The position numbers and the translations under genes are program-made. The notes under the pieces are model-generated. The model made no database searches. It was given only the letters and a program-made list of their open reading frames with translations, and had not been told where the DNA came from. Below, piece after piece: positions 37,349-50,746 of a stretch of DNA of 64,000 bases. Each line of letters starts with the position of its first letter. Within the stretch, counting starts at the first letter, position 1. Source of the stretch: Fimicolochytrium jonesii (taxonomy: Eukaryota); assembly GCF_025526975.1 (NCBI RefSeq), contig NW_026515694.1:310001-374000 (forward strand). Reading direction: 5' to 3'.

Positions 37349-40300
37349 TCAACTGCTAAACTCATGTGAACTGAAGCTCAAAGACGAAAACGTCAGCGGT
37401 GTGCCCCCGTCGCCTCTCGACGGCTGGGAAGGGCTCGATGACAGGTCGCTAAGTTGGCCTCTACGCGGCCGACCAGCTGCATCCAGCACAATCACGCCTT
37501 CCGCGGATGATTCGTCAATCGGCACCAGAGCCCCAGATCGACGTGAGATGTCCGCCGAACTGTTGGAAAGCGAGACCTGGAGCCCCTGGACTTCGCCCGA
37601 CGACAGCTGTTCGCCCGCGCTCGTATCCGATGTCGGGCGTGCGGTCTGTTGCGGTAATATCAAGGGTTCGATGAAGTACTGGTCCTGATATCTCAGGGAT
37701 GGCGACACTTCCGGGATCAAACCGAATCCTGTCGAAGAGTCCCGAGATGATGAAAAGGCATATGATACCTCTTGCGACTTGGGCTGAACTGTTGCGGGTA
37801 TTCGGCCGTGTGGAACTGCAGCGGCTTCGCCCTCACTGCAAAACGAGTAGAGACCATGTAAGCAGTCATGAAGAACACTGTGATGTGTCTTACCGCACCG
37901 TTACCTCAGAAATTGCGAAAGAACCTCCCCTTCCGACATCATCATGGACATGGTAGTCAGACCTAGTGAGCTAGTCTCTATGGATACCGCCGACCCTGAC
38001 GGCTTAGATGAGCTTGGGTTCGTTGACGTCCCCTTAGAAGTGGGCTAAGAGATTCAAACTGTCAGCGAAGATATCCTATATAAGTCCTTAGGTCGTTCAC
38101 ATTAGGTACTTACCTGGCTTGAAGGTGTTTCTTCCGTTTCCGGTACCACTGCCTTGACAGGGGGCGGACGCAGCTGCCATGTCCGGGCAGGAGATTGTTG
38201 TGCGGCCGGGACCACCGGACTAGTGTGCTGCATTCGAGGAGGTTCGTCCTCCTTCACCCGCTGCACCTTTCTCAGTTTGCGAATGCGCTCTTCCTCTTCG
38301 AGCAGCTGCCTTGTAGCCTCCTCCTCCATCCGAATCAACCTCTCCGTTCCCGCCTTGTCCGCATCCTGCAGGCTTCTAGAAGCAAGCATGTTTTCATTCA
38401 TTCTGATGTCGCGTGCAACCTGCTCCTTCTCCCGCAGAAGCATCCTTTCCTTGGCTTCCATCTTCTCACGTTGCCTGCGCTCTTCTTGGGCTTCTGCCGC
38501 CATCAGTGCCCTCTCCGCTTCGGCCTGCTGATAAGCTTTCTTCTCAAGATCGACCTTATCCGACTGCATTGAGCGCCTTCCGACATGGTACGTAGATTGA
38601 AGTGGATCTCGAGACTTGAGCTCTCGTAGGGTCATCAGCTCGGCCTCCATTTCCTTCAGACGACGCCAATGCTCTTCGTCCGCAATGCACTGGGCGTCAT
38701 CTACAGCGAGTGTATCCTGCGCTGGCTCCGAGGGAGGAGGACGTCGTTGAAGCGATGCATGATCGGTTGTTGTCCTTCCATCCAGGGGATGCATTGTCAA
38801 GGGCTCGTTGCGCTCCCGCTCCGCCAATAGCGGTGACCTTTCTCGTCGAGTCTGCACCACTGGCTGCGGGGGCGGTGACCTTTCTCGTCGAGTCTGCATC
38901 ACTGGCTGCGGGAGCGGTGACCTGTCCCGTCTATTGTCCAGCACAATGATGCGTTCGGTCTCGGGCTTGTTGCCGATCGCCTGCGATATCCTCAGTTGTG
39001 TCTCCAGTTCCCGCATATGATTCTCTTGTCGCATTCTCCATTCCCGTTCTTCGTTCTGCGACGTCCGTAATCGGTCCTCAGCCTCCTTTCGAGCGAGGTG
39101 TACTTCCGCAAGCAGTGCAGCATGTTTCGCGGCTTGCTGCTCAAGGATGCGTTCAGGATCAAAAGCAGGAAGTTGGGGTTCTGATGGTGGTGCGGCAAGA
39201 GGAGGTGCAGGAGGAGCGGGAGGTGGGGATGCAGGTGGAGGTGGAGGGGAAGGTGTGATCGAGGTGGCTGACTCAACTTTGCGCGCTCCTGACTCCATAG
39301 CCTGAGCTACAACGTTCCGGATTTCCATGCTGATACCTTCCCGCATGAACGCGTTGGCTAGCCCATCAAGGCTCACGTTTACGGCCGCAGGGGAACCTGG
39401 CGGCTGCGACCGAGGAATGTGCACAGCTTCCCGAGCGACAACCCGGCTCTCCGCATTCACCGCGCTGTTCAGTATCTCATCAGCGATTGCACCAACCATG
39501 CGATCCCGATCAGGCTTCGGTTTAGATGCAAGCGGCCTCTGCTTTTGTGGTGGAGTCATTTCAACTGGCTGCACCGTCTCCGTTGCGGCATCCATTCTCA
39601 TCGGAGGAGGGCTTTTTACAGGCCGCACCGTCTCCGTCGCTACATCTGCCTTCCCAGGACTAATCTTGATGGTAGCGGTGCTTCGCTCCGTAACAAGCAC
39701 CTCAGCCTGGACCCACTGAGCCAACCGTTCCTCGAAAGCGCTGACCCGGGAGTCAGCCTGCCGACTGATGCTGAGCTGCTTCAACAGCTCCCGTTTAGTT
39801 TTGCCCAGCTCAGTCCGCACGATGCGCCACATAGCGTCACGCAGTTCGGCCGGATTGGACTGGCGAAGCGGCGGTGCGCCTGGATCCGTGCCGTAGTTTT
39901 CTGCACCAGAAGGTTTCTCGGGCGACCTAAGTGGGCTCCCACATTGGACAGTAGCGTCGGCAGAAGGTCCCATCAAAACGGTTTGATTCGCCGCGTCGAC
40001 CATGCTGATCGCCGAGACGTCGACAGAATCTGTCTCATCGGGAGTCACTTGTGTAGTATCTTCAACGTAAGGCGAATGCGTTTGCACGGCTTCATCGAAG
40101 GTAAGGATGGAGCGATGATGGGGCATCCCTCTGTTCTCCGGGAACATCCACTGAGCCGAAACATCGGGCATGGCATGTGTCTGAGAGGATATCGACGTTA
40201 CTGGGGCACTTCTCACCGGCTTCTGTGCAGGTCTCGGGACCGGAGGGGGCTTGGTCGAAACCTTCAGGGCACTGTGTATCGGACGTTGCTGCACCCTTTC

Positions 40301-42763
40301 AGGTGGCTTGACAAGGTTTTGGAGATTCGGCGGTCGCAAAGACGTACGACGAAGGAAGACGGGAGCATTTGATAATCTGACGTTGTAGAAGTTCGGCGGT
40401 CGTTTTGTCGGAGAACCTGAATGGTGCTCGGACGCCTTGACAGACCTTAAATCTTGTAAACTGTGACTAAGACCGTGCTCGCTGTGATGGGTGCGTGTCA
40501 GCATGCCGGGAGGATGAATTCTGGTTTCTGGCCGACCCCTGACCCCTGCAGTAGGTGCTTTGCCAAGGGCCTTCGCTGCTGATACTGACATCGAGCTGCC
40601 GATCGGCCGAGGGCGACTAAGGTACCACACATGAATCAGTGTTCTATCAGTTGGCAACGAAGAAATGTCGCATGCTCAATACCTCTTCGTGCGATTCCCG
40701 AAATCGTTCTCCTTCCCGCCGGGGATGCGACTAAAGGAGCTGGATTGGATGTCTCCCGAACTATTTCTGGGTAGCAGAATGGCGCGAGGTTTTGCAGCTG
40801 GCTCGGCTGCTGGTATGGAAGGCGTCACGTAATGTGCAGGTTGCTCCTTAGGAGGTATTGGAGCCTTGGTCCGAGCGCTTTGATTGTAATTGTTGAACGG
40901 ATGGTCTGTGGATATGTCCTGCTTTCGAGTCAGCCTCCAACCCGCGGAAGTGCATTTGCAAGATAACGCACCTTTCCCTTTGTTAGCTGCAGGATTCTCT
41001 GATGCACAGCAGCTCTGATACGCTCGTGATCGTCTGGCTCATCAAATCCATCCGGTGCCCGCTGGCTGACCTCGCCAAACGTTGGCTTTATTGGGAAGTC
41101 AGCAGGTCCAAATGATGGCTTGTGATCATCACCAAGGATTGCAAGGGTTTTCTGCCTCAGATCCCGTAGAGCACTGGCTACACGGGTGTAGCTGAAGTTG
41201 TCTTCCACGGTATTCAGACTTTGCGAAATGGGGCGCGCACCTGGCCGCGCTGCCTTCGGTGTGGCAGTATCGACCTCAAGCTCCTCAGCCCGCGCTCTTG
41301 GCCCAGCATTGGTCGATGGAAACCGTGCTGTCAAAACCTCGTCAAGGGGCGACCAACCCAGTGTAGAGTGAATACCGGCAAGATCGTCCAGCGCCGTCGC
41401 AATCCGCCCAACCAGATTCGCTTGCCGATCAAGTTCCGTCGACGTTCCTTCGTCAGCCACCGCTTTTGGCACTGGCAGTTCTGGACCGTGAATGGCTCCT
41501 GCAGTAGTGGTCGTGATGTACTTTCGCAAATCTTCGTGGATGGCTCGTAGCTGATCCTTCAAATCCTGGCTGGGCCCTGGTCCTGACTGGGTCCCCACAG
41601 TTTGCGCATTGTTTGGCCCATCATTCACACGTGGAGCATTGGAAGGCTCCGCATCTCTACGAGCAATAGACTCAGAGTCGGGTGGAAGCGGTAGTTTTCC
41701 CGCTCGTGGCTGTGTCGCTGCCGCCTGGACGTTGCCTGGAACAATCTCGACGCTCATCAAAGTCTGAAGCTTTTTCATATGCAGCATTTGCCATTCCGCC
41801 TGCTTCTCTTGCATATCATGTAGATGCGTAATTTGCTTCATGATTTGCTGCTGCACAGCATTGCTCTGATCATTGGCAACTGCAAGTTGCTGCCGTAGCA
41901 GCTTTTGATTGATTGCGTGGATTCTATCCTGCAAAGCGTCCAAAGTCTTGACTTCCTCATCTATCTTTCTCGGATCCAACGACGCGATAGTTTGCGAGGG
42001 GTCTGCATGACGTTTGTGCAGGTTCGCCTTTGTGGGATTTTGCGTTTTTGGTATCAAAGATGTGGTATCTCGGCGACTTGTGCCTGTGTTTGTGAATGGT
42101 GCCGGGTGCGTTTTCGCAGATGGAACTTTCAAGGCACTCGAAGCGGTTGTTCCTCGCGCGGGAAAGAGATCGGCCAATTTGTTGGGCACCGACACTGATG
42201 CGGCCTCCAGGATGGAAACGTCTCCGCCCAAATGCCCGCCTGACCCTGCGGCGCCTTTCACAGTGACCGTTTCCATTGTTTCTTCTGATGTCCGTGGCCT
42301 TCCCTTTCCGGCAACTTCCTGGACCGTTGAGTTTTCCCTGTCATTTATCGATGCGCTGTCTGACAGCACCGCGGGAAACGGGTTCGCAAACTTTTTTCGA
42401 AAATCCTCCAGAGAAGCCTGCAGAAGAGACGACTGGGCGCTTACTCGCTGCTCGCCTTGCAGAACCTGCGTCCCTTTTGCGGGGAGCTTCGGTCAGTCTG
42501 GGATACCGTTAGAAGGTCGTTTTACATGAGAAGGCGCTTACCGAAGCCTCTTGCGCAGCCAAAGGCCGACTTGCCGAAGGGTTCCCAGGCTCCTCAGGTC
42601 GTTTGCCTTGCCGTTGCTGTGCCTCTGGAAGCTGACGATGTCCCCTCGCTCTGTTGAGCAGAGCAGTGGCAGCATTGAAGCTGGCTTCAAGAGACGCGAG
42701 TGACACTCCGAGGCTCCCAAGTCCGCTTGGATCTTGGGTCGAGATGAGCGGATTGGCTGCCAT
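37349..42763 (-). CDS. Large Pro-rich/coiled-coil protein, possibly TALPID3/KIAA0586-like (multi-exon)
   Basis: Collinear minus-strand ORFs 42509-42763, 40930-42369, 38102-40657 and 37349-37720 are separated by intron-like gaps. Q-rich N-terminal coil, FEERLAQWVQAEVL, poly-Pro tract and Ser-rich S(E/S)GE motifs near the end. The gene is well supported; the family call is tentative. Confidence 0.5.
38831..38923 (-). repeat. In-frame 42-nt tandem duplication (RSPxPQPVxQTRRE, ~2.2 copies)
   Basis: cggtgacctttctcgtcgagtctgcaYcactggctgcgggRg at 38831 and 38873, plus a partial copy at 38915. Confidence 0.9.
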
Positions 42764-43809
42764 GACGTTTGATAATCAAAGAATTGGTAGGACCAGCGGG
42801 ATCAAAGGGGACGACGGTATAACAGGACGGCAGCTGAAGGTGAGCAGAACAGCGACCATGGGTCTTGCATTTTTGGCAGGCCATGCTGAATGCCAGGTCC
42901 AGCAGCACCGCAACTTCAGCATGGACAAGCTGGACATGAACGCGTCTCTCGCAAGGGGGACGATCGAGTCCGGACGAGCCGGACGACGCCGCTAAACAAA
43001 TCCTCCCCGGACGTATGCATTATGCATACACTGGCTTCAAGCCTAAACCGCTCCTGCAGACTTCATCGGAGAAGGTCGGGGGGATGTGAGAAAGTCCTGG
43101 TCATATTCCAGCAAGAACGCCAATGATGGTATTGCTACTGAGCGAAGACGGGCATTGCTACATGATATTCTGCTGCCTTGATACACACTTGTGAACAAAA
43201 CAAAAAACTACTCTCATTTGCGAGAAGAATGTTTGGCGGACCGGTTCTATATGGAGTTCGGAGCAACCTCTCCGTATCCCAACGTCTAACGTCCTATCCC
43301 AGCCCTTGCTTCCAGAGAAGCACACCCTCATCCACCGTTTTCCGGTGGCCGACTAATATCAAATGTCGTCGTCTTCAACTCGCTGGGAGCTAACTAACGT
43401 TGACTATACAACGCTCTATGACTTGAGCGGCGTCTAAACCCCATAGGGTGCTTGTGATGCGGTGGTGAAGAACGGAACCGCGGCATGTGTGTGTCCCCGG
43501 GTACCGATTAACATTGATGAGGCGCTCGACGTGGTGGACACCGTCCGCGATGCGGAGGATGTCAGGAAATACGCAGGCGCGAACTTCCAGACGGTACGAC
43601 ATCATCAGCCTGGGAGGTAGCCTTGCTAGGTATCCGCCCGCACTTCGACTCGACTGCCATTGTTCGGACACAGCTCAGGAAGCACTCAACACGTCGTGCG
43701 CACCACTGAACAGCGGAAATGTCCGAACGGGCGCTTTCCGATCGGTTACTTCATAGGGCGTGATTTCTCGTTTGGAAAAGGCTCATGCATCCCTGTTCGT
43801 CATGTTGGC

Positions 43810-44248
43810 TCAGGTGTATGCACTCTCGCCTTGCACCTCAACCTTCACGAGATGAGCTCCCGGAATCATCACCATTCCAACACTCCTGGTTTCCGGGCCT
43901 TTCGACTCCTCGGTGCCCCCTAGTATGACATTTCGCTGTTTGTCGACACAGAGAAAGTAGCCTGCAAAAGTGCGGCCGTCGCTTATGGTCACGCGCAGCG
44001 GTTGGTTGAGTAACTCCCGCAGTTTTGCTAGGTTTTCGGATCCGTGAGGCGGTTGTGGGGGAAAATCTGCAACAGAAGCGATGGTGGAACGGACGGCGGT
44101 GGGAGGAGAGGTGGGCCTGGCTGGGGGATGGCCGGACGTCTGCTGGAATATGAGATATTAGAAAAGCTCCAGACCATCAATATCAGGCAGCCCCGAAGAC
44201 GGCTAAGAATGCACATGCAACCCTCGCCTTTCCCTCAATTACCGGCAT
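43810..44248 (-). CDS. Sm-like (LSM) protein, Naa38/Mak31/LSMD1-like NatC auxiliary subunit
   Basis: 6-nt first exon ATGCCG|gtaatt (44248-44243), acceptor near 44142, then LRELLNQPLRVTISDGRTFAGYFLCVDKQRNVILG..E...RSVGMVMIPGAHLVKVEV. Confidence 0.8.
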
Positions 44249-44540
44249 CTTTGCGAATGGCTTTGTTGACTGCGAGACCTGTATTTTCCGAAGCCTCCAA
44301 CGCCGTTGCTGAAAGTGTCTATCGTTTGCTTCGTTCGTGGCTCGAGCAAAGCAGCCATGGGCGTGGGAGTTCTGGGAGTTTCCGAATGGGACGAACACGC
44401 GTGGGGAGTCGGAGGATTCTGGTGATCGCCTGTGTTTCCCCGTTGCGAATTGCCTTGCGCTACACCCGCTGAACCCATTTCTGACCGGAAACACTCGCCA
44501 TCCAGAGCCCTGAGTGGCAAGCCGAGCGGAGCAGCATATC

Positions 44541-44932
44541 ATGTCGAAGCCAAACGAACTCCCTTCCGCGGATGAAACCAACGAGGAAACGATATCACTG
44601 AACGCTCTCCGCGAGCGTCAAAGAATCGCATCCCTTAGCTTTTGGACCGGCCTCGCGCAACAACCAAAGGCTGCTGACATTGTCATGTATGGAGGGTAAG
44701 TGAGCGGCATCACACGGCAACAGTGTATCCGGCCACTTACTTTGGAACGCGTATTGTAACTCTTTCTGCGATCGTTTTCAGCACGAAAGTAAGCGGCGTT
44801 CTGAGGGGCGGGACCGTGACCAGAGGAGAACCAGACGATGTCTTTATGGTGGACGAGCTGGCCACGCCTTTGGGAACGTACCCGGCGGCAAATATGCGGG
44901 CGTCTGATGTGCGATATGTTGTCATCAAGTAG
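44541..44932 (+). CDS. GEMIN7: Gemin7-like SMN-complex subunit (~101 aa)
   Basis: Exons 44541-44695 and 44782-44932 (306 nt). ALRERQR..SL and FMVDELATPLGTYPAANMRASDV match the Gemin7 LRER and L.TP.G....A.LR.SD motifs. Confidence 0.75.
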
Positions 44933-45037
44933 GGGCGTCGGGGCACTTCCATCGCATATGTTCGGATGTGGTGTATATATATATACAAGTGTTCAGAACT
45001 TGGCGTATTCACAATAGATTGACCCCGCCATCCCTAT

Positions 45038-48000
45038 TTATAACTCGACGGTGCAGCCAAGGACACCATTCATCCTATTGTTCAACTCTTCCTGCGCGTT
45101 GCGCTCCGCCTGTTCTCGTTGGAGGACCTCCTGCGCGACCCGGTTCAGTTCGTCTGCAAAGTCGCGCCAGTCAAATAGGTGTTCGAGATTCATGCGGTAA
45201 AGTTGGAGACGGAAGAGGTATTCGTCAAGCGGGCCAGGTTCGGGTATCGGTGGTTTCAAAGGGGTTGATGAAGCAGAATCGACGACTGGGGATGGTGATG
45301 GTGAGCCAGTTTCCCTTCCCGAAATTTCTGAACGATCGATGGGATCGGAGGACGTCGCTGCAGGTTCGGTAACTGCGCTCGAACTCTTTCCACCGTTCTT
45401 GGCGAGTGTCCGTGCATGACGCTCGAGTGCTGCCCCGGTTGCTGCAAGCGTCGTGGACGGGGCCGGAACCGTTCCGGATTCGCTGAAATCCGCAATGTCC
45501 TGCTGGAACTCCATAGTAGCCATCTTCGCAGCAGCGACGTCCGTCTCGTCCTCCGCCTGCATGATAGCCTGTTCCCAGACGCTTGCATCAGCCGGCGCCC
45601 CTGCTGCGGTCTCTGGGCGGATTTGCTTTGGTTGTAGCTCGGGCCCAGATTGAGTCCCATCTCCAGACTCGGTGAGATTGCCCGCATCTAGCCAATCCTG
45701 CCACTGCAACGTTGTATTGGAGTTGTTCTTGCTTATCCACTCAGTCGTGAAATCTCCGGCTCGAATAACAAGTTGGTCAAGCCGACGTTTTTGATTTGCT
45801 TTTCGGAGCATGTTCTCTTCAATTGTGTGTGCGCTCACAAAGCGGTAAATGTGGACTTCGCGGGTTTGGCCGATTCTATGCGCGCGATCTTGAGCTTGGG
45901 CTGTGGATGACAATTGCAAATGAGTAAATGGCTACTGCGCGACGAACAATCTAGTGCAGTTCGACTTACCATCCATAGCCGGGTTCCAATCACTGTCATA
46001 GAAAATGACCCGATCGGCGCCCGTCAAATTCATCCCTATCCCACCACTGCGTGTGCTTAGGATGAAGACGAGAATGCGCTTATCGTTATTGAACCGCTCC
46101 ATGAGCACTTGTCGCTGCTCGACCTTTGTAGAACCATCTAGACGAAGATAGCGGTGCCCATGCAGATTCAGGAAAACTTCGAGGATATCTGTCGAATAAA
46201 TAGATTTGTTAATCCAGGAAGGGACGATGAACGAGGGAGGACACCACATACCGAGCATTTTGGTCATCTGCGTGAAAATCAGCGCCCGATGACCTCCAGG
46301 CTTCATCTCCTTCAATATCTTGTCCAACATCTGCAACTTGCCGCAATCAAACTGAACAAGTCTCTTGTCCGGAAACGAGATTTCCAGTCTTGTTTTCGCG
46401 AACCCCAGCACATCTACCGGACAGACTTCACCCAGTTGCTCTGCTATGGAAGGAATGACACCGTCGTCACCCGCATCATACGAATCGGCTGACCGAGGAT
46501 AGATGAGACCGGGAGTGGGTATATTCGTGCGAAAAGGGTGGACGCGAGCCCGCGGTGTTACGCATACGAAGCGATCGATGTATTCAATGACGGTTGCCAA
46601 TCTCTCCTCTGGGGTTAACACCGCTTGGCGCAGATATGTGCTGTACGAACCCATTCTGCTCGGATCGTCGCTGGCGTGAACGATGACTTCGACTTCGCGT
46701 TCTCCAAGTGACCGACATAACCGAATTACATCACGTCCGTACATCGGTGCGATGCCCGCCAGAGCGTGTCTACACCGCAACCGATTTGACCGCTTCAGCG
46801 TCTGCCACCAATGTACTTTGTCCTTTGCATTGTGCCACTGCTTGACCAGCTTCCAAGCCGCCAGCGTTCGAACCTGGCCGTCCTTCGGAAGTAAAGCGCG
46901 GGTTTGTACCTCGGCATCCACGGCCTCGTCCAGACTCTGCTGAATCTCTCGCCATGCCGCCCACTTCGTCAAGCGCTGGCTCTCCAATCGCGTCCACCCG
47001 TGAGGCCCTTCCCGATCTGGGTTCACAATGTCAAGGCCAATCCGCGCCATAGAAACCACACTATCGATCTCGCGCAAAAGCTTCTTCCAGACCAAAATCT
47101 CTTCGAGCTTGAGCAAACGCCCTGGGACGCCGCCTTCCGGAAGAGCGAATCCCGTGACGACCGGTCGCTCCTCGAATAAGTTTGGGTGATTGCACACTTT
47201 TCGTAGCTGCATGAGAACGTTGACGATGCTTAGATAGTTCCCTGACGCCAAATCCGCTTTCGTCTTCGCGCGAGACATGAAGTCATCGTACAGAAACCGC
47301 TGCCGCTTACTCAGCCGACACGTGACAACATGTTCGTACTTGGCCGGCATTTGTTTCTCCACGTCCGCTTTGAGACGACGCAGAATATATGGTCTAAGCA
47401 CGGCGTGGAGCCTCGCCACAGATTCGCGCGTATCGGCATCCGCGGAATCGGTAGTCAAAGCATCATTCGGCATCCCGGAGCCGTCACCGATTAGACTGGA
47501 CACCGATCCTTCGAACCATTCTTTGAACTCCTGGCGTCCCGCAAATCCGCCTTCCGTTTGACCGCCGGGACCGCCTGCAGCAGGCATCAGAAAGTAGAGC
47601 AAACTCCACAGCTCCATGAGACTGTTTTGCAGCGGCGTGCCTGTGAGAAGCAATCTGCGCTCGGTGTTGAAGCCCAGCAGTGTTTGCCACCGTTGGCTGC
47701 GAAAGTTTTTGATGTTGTGTGCTTCGTCGAGAACCAGATAACACCATCGTTTTCGGCGGAAGATATGTTGATCGCGCAGGACGATTTGGTAGCTGGTGAT
47801 GCAGACATGAAAGGAGTTGGGCTTCAACCAACCGACACGCTTCGCTGCGCGTTCGGCAATGTTTCCGTAGTAGGTCAGTAGCTTGAAGCCAGGCAGCCAT
47901 TTCTTGAACTCGCATTCCCAATTCAGCATCACTGAGGTAGGCACGACAATCAAATGAGGGCCCCAGACTCCTCGATCGACCGCAAGATGCGCAAAGAGCG

Positions 48001-50746
48001 AAATGGTTTGTATCGTTTTCCCCAACCCCATTTCATCGGCGAGAATGCCATTTAGCCCTTTCTGGTAAAGCCCTGCAAGCCAGCTCAAGCCAACGTGCTG
48101 GTATTCTCTGAGAGTGTGTTTAAGCAGGAAAGGGATTGGCGTTTCGTTTTGGTTTTGCGCCTCGTTGTCCCTCTCGCTTTTGGCTGCATCATGACCCAAG
48201 TTCCCGTCAACTTCCGCACTAGTGGAGATTGACGTGAGCGAAGTGGTGCCCAGATTTGCGTTTGGCGGAGGGGACTGAAACGCGGCGTTCGTGTCGTCAT
48301 CTTCAGGATGGGAGGCCCCACTGCTCAGGGAAAACGGAGAATGTGGCACTGGGTCATCTCCCATGATAGCTTTCTCCTCAGGCAAACCGCTGCTTTCGTT
48401 CTCGAGCTCGAAATGGTTCGTGTCGGGTAATGTGTGTTTCCTCGGGGATGCAAATGGTTTAGAAGTATTGGCTTCGAGGTTTTCGATAGGTTCATCAGCA
48501 TCAACGTTATCATCCTCCTCAACGCCATCGTCATCCTCCGTCTGATCCTCGTCATCCGAAGCCCCATTCTGCTCCTCCATCTGCCTCATCCACGCACGAA
48601 GCGCGTCAATGTCGGTATCCATGTCGTCTCGAAGACCGTTCATCTCTTCATCACTATCAACGCCTTCTTCGGCTTCGTCGGCATCGAGTTCCGCTTCCGC
48701 AGCCTGGTCTTCTTCGTCGATATCCATGTCCGCTGCTTCTAAAACAAACTCCACATCGCCATTCTCAATCGGTATTCGTTGCTTCAGAACCGCAGGTGGG
48801 GAGCCAGATGACTGCAAGTCATTCGCAGCAACGGATCCAACAAAGGACGCTGGTGACGGTGGTATCGAGAGCGCAGGTATGTCGGACCCTGCGTCCTCGG
48901 CGTAAATACCGTCGGGCTGAGCCGCCGGCTCATCATCATCATCCAGTTCTTCCTGCAGTTCGCCAGCATCATCATCATAAACCTCCTCAATTCGGTCAGA
49001 GTCCTCGTCCTGTTCTGACTGATTCATCTGATACTCGAAGTATTCTTTTCCAAGCAAGTCTTCGACCGGAACGTCCATCTCAACCCTAAGAGCTTCCATC
49101 TCAGATTGATCGCTACTGCTTTCCGACATTATCTCATCATCAACATCGTCCGTGCTTCGGACAGAAAAATCGTCGCCGTCATGGTCAAAGGTAGCTGAAG
49201 AGCCGACGCTAAAGGATGGGGACGAGGCTCGAGATCCCGGCACATTCCGCCCTTGCAATACGGTCGATGAATGCTCGATGATGGCATCCAGCTGGCGTTT
49301 GCCTGCTTGGCGTTGTTCTTCGGCCAAGAGTTTTGAATGCTGGATTCGTATGATCTATGCAGAAGAAGATCGGTCAGACAAGAGTCCATAAGCACCGATC
49401 CAGTCATTCATGCATACCGATTCAACCAGCTTCCACCGTTTCGTCAACTCCACCCTGACGTCCTTGAAGCATCGTTTCCACTTCTTCTCTTCGGCAGAGG
49501 TCTTGCGCTCTCCTTCTGTGAGTCTGAGCTCCCAATACTTTTGCATAGCTTTGCTTGCGAGTTTTGTTCTCCGTGTGCGCTCTTTGCCGGCATGAGCAAA
49601 CCCTGCACTGACAACCCGCATTTCCTCCAGTAAGCGGGTCCAATGCGTTCGCTGCGGCGGATCGGGTCTCTTTTCCAAATCCTGAGCTGTTAACCCTCTC
49701 AACAACCCGATCTGCTTCATTTTTGCTAGGCGGATGTCGACTTGGACTTCCGTATTGGCCCGGCTTTCGTAGTCATTTTTGCTGACTTCTTCATCGTCTA
49801 AATACAGGAATGTAGCCAAATACTCCCCCAAATTCCTGTACCGCGCCCCGCCAATGTGTAAAAGAGCCGAGCGAGGGACCAGCCCGTCGATCTCGACAGC
49901 AGTTTCTTCTACTAGATAGTGTAGCGAGGTAGAATCTCGGTTCGTATGCCCGCGAGTGCCATACCGATCCGGGCGTTGTGCATCTCTGATAGCTTTTGAC
50001 CGAATTTCGGCCAGATCATTCGCGACGTTGGAACGGAGGTCAACGTTTTGCAAATACTATGGGAAAGCCCATTAGAGTGAGCGAAAGCTGAACGATGTCA
50101 GAACACGTGGGCACGTAAGTATCAAGCAGAAGATGCGGCATAGTGTAACAACCTTAGCAATGCGCTCTCCTTTGTCCACCTTCAGCTTCGCCGGATCATA
50201 TTCCAGGAGCGGCAACTGATTTTCGAGATAGTACATTTCCCGAACGCGACTGTCGTATGAGTCCAGTATCTGCCCAAGACGCTGTTTCCGCTGATCGATG
50301 ACGTGCCGTTTGTGTATCTCAAACGCAGGGAGTAAAGATGCTCGTCTGCTGGACAAGGGCTCCTCATCCGAATCTGTGCATGCGCCGTTCATTCGAGCAC
50401 CTGCATCTTTCGATTTGGCCTTTCTCGCAGTCGTAGCTTTCGCGGGATATCGCCCAGCAGATTTGATGGGGTTCTTGATAGGATGCGAATCCTTCGAGCT
50501 TCGCGGTCGTCCCCTGGTGGCACCTGTAACCAGGGCATTACCATTACTGCTTCCACGACCTCTCGTTCCCCTGCTCGCTAATCCGCTCCCCCGTGGCCTT
50601 CCTGGCCGAGAAGCCGCTGCGTGTGGATGTGAGGTAGGCGGCGCGGCTTTCACTTTCGCTGGTTCATTTCGGGTCTGTCCTACTGAGCGGTTAAGCGGCG
50701 GCCTGCCAGGCCTGCGTTTGGCTGGTTGCACAGGTTCAGTTGTCAT
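45038..50746 (-). CDS. SWR1: SWR1/SRCAP chromatin-remodelling ATPase (multi-exon)
   Basis: HSA-like region ([10 protein letters not shown]), acidic linker, [36 protein letters not shown], split ATPase, [34 protein letters not shown]. Confidence 0.96.

Noticed and set aside
38831..38923. Direct repeats as a possible CRISPR-like array
   Set aside because: No spacers; an in-frame coding duplication in a eukaryotic gene.
39419..40372. 317-aa plus-strand ORF
   Set aside because: Antisense shadow of the 851-aa minus-strand exon.
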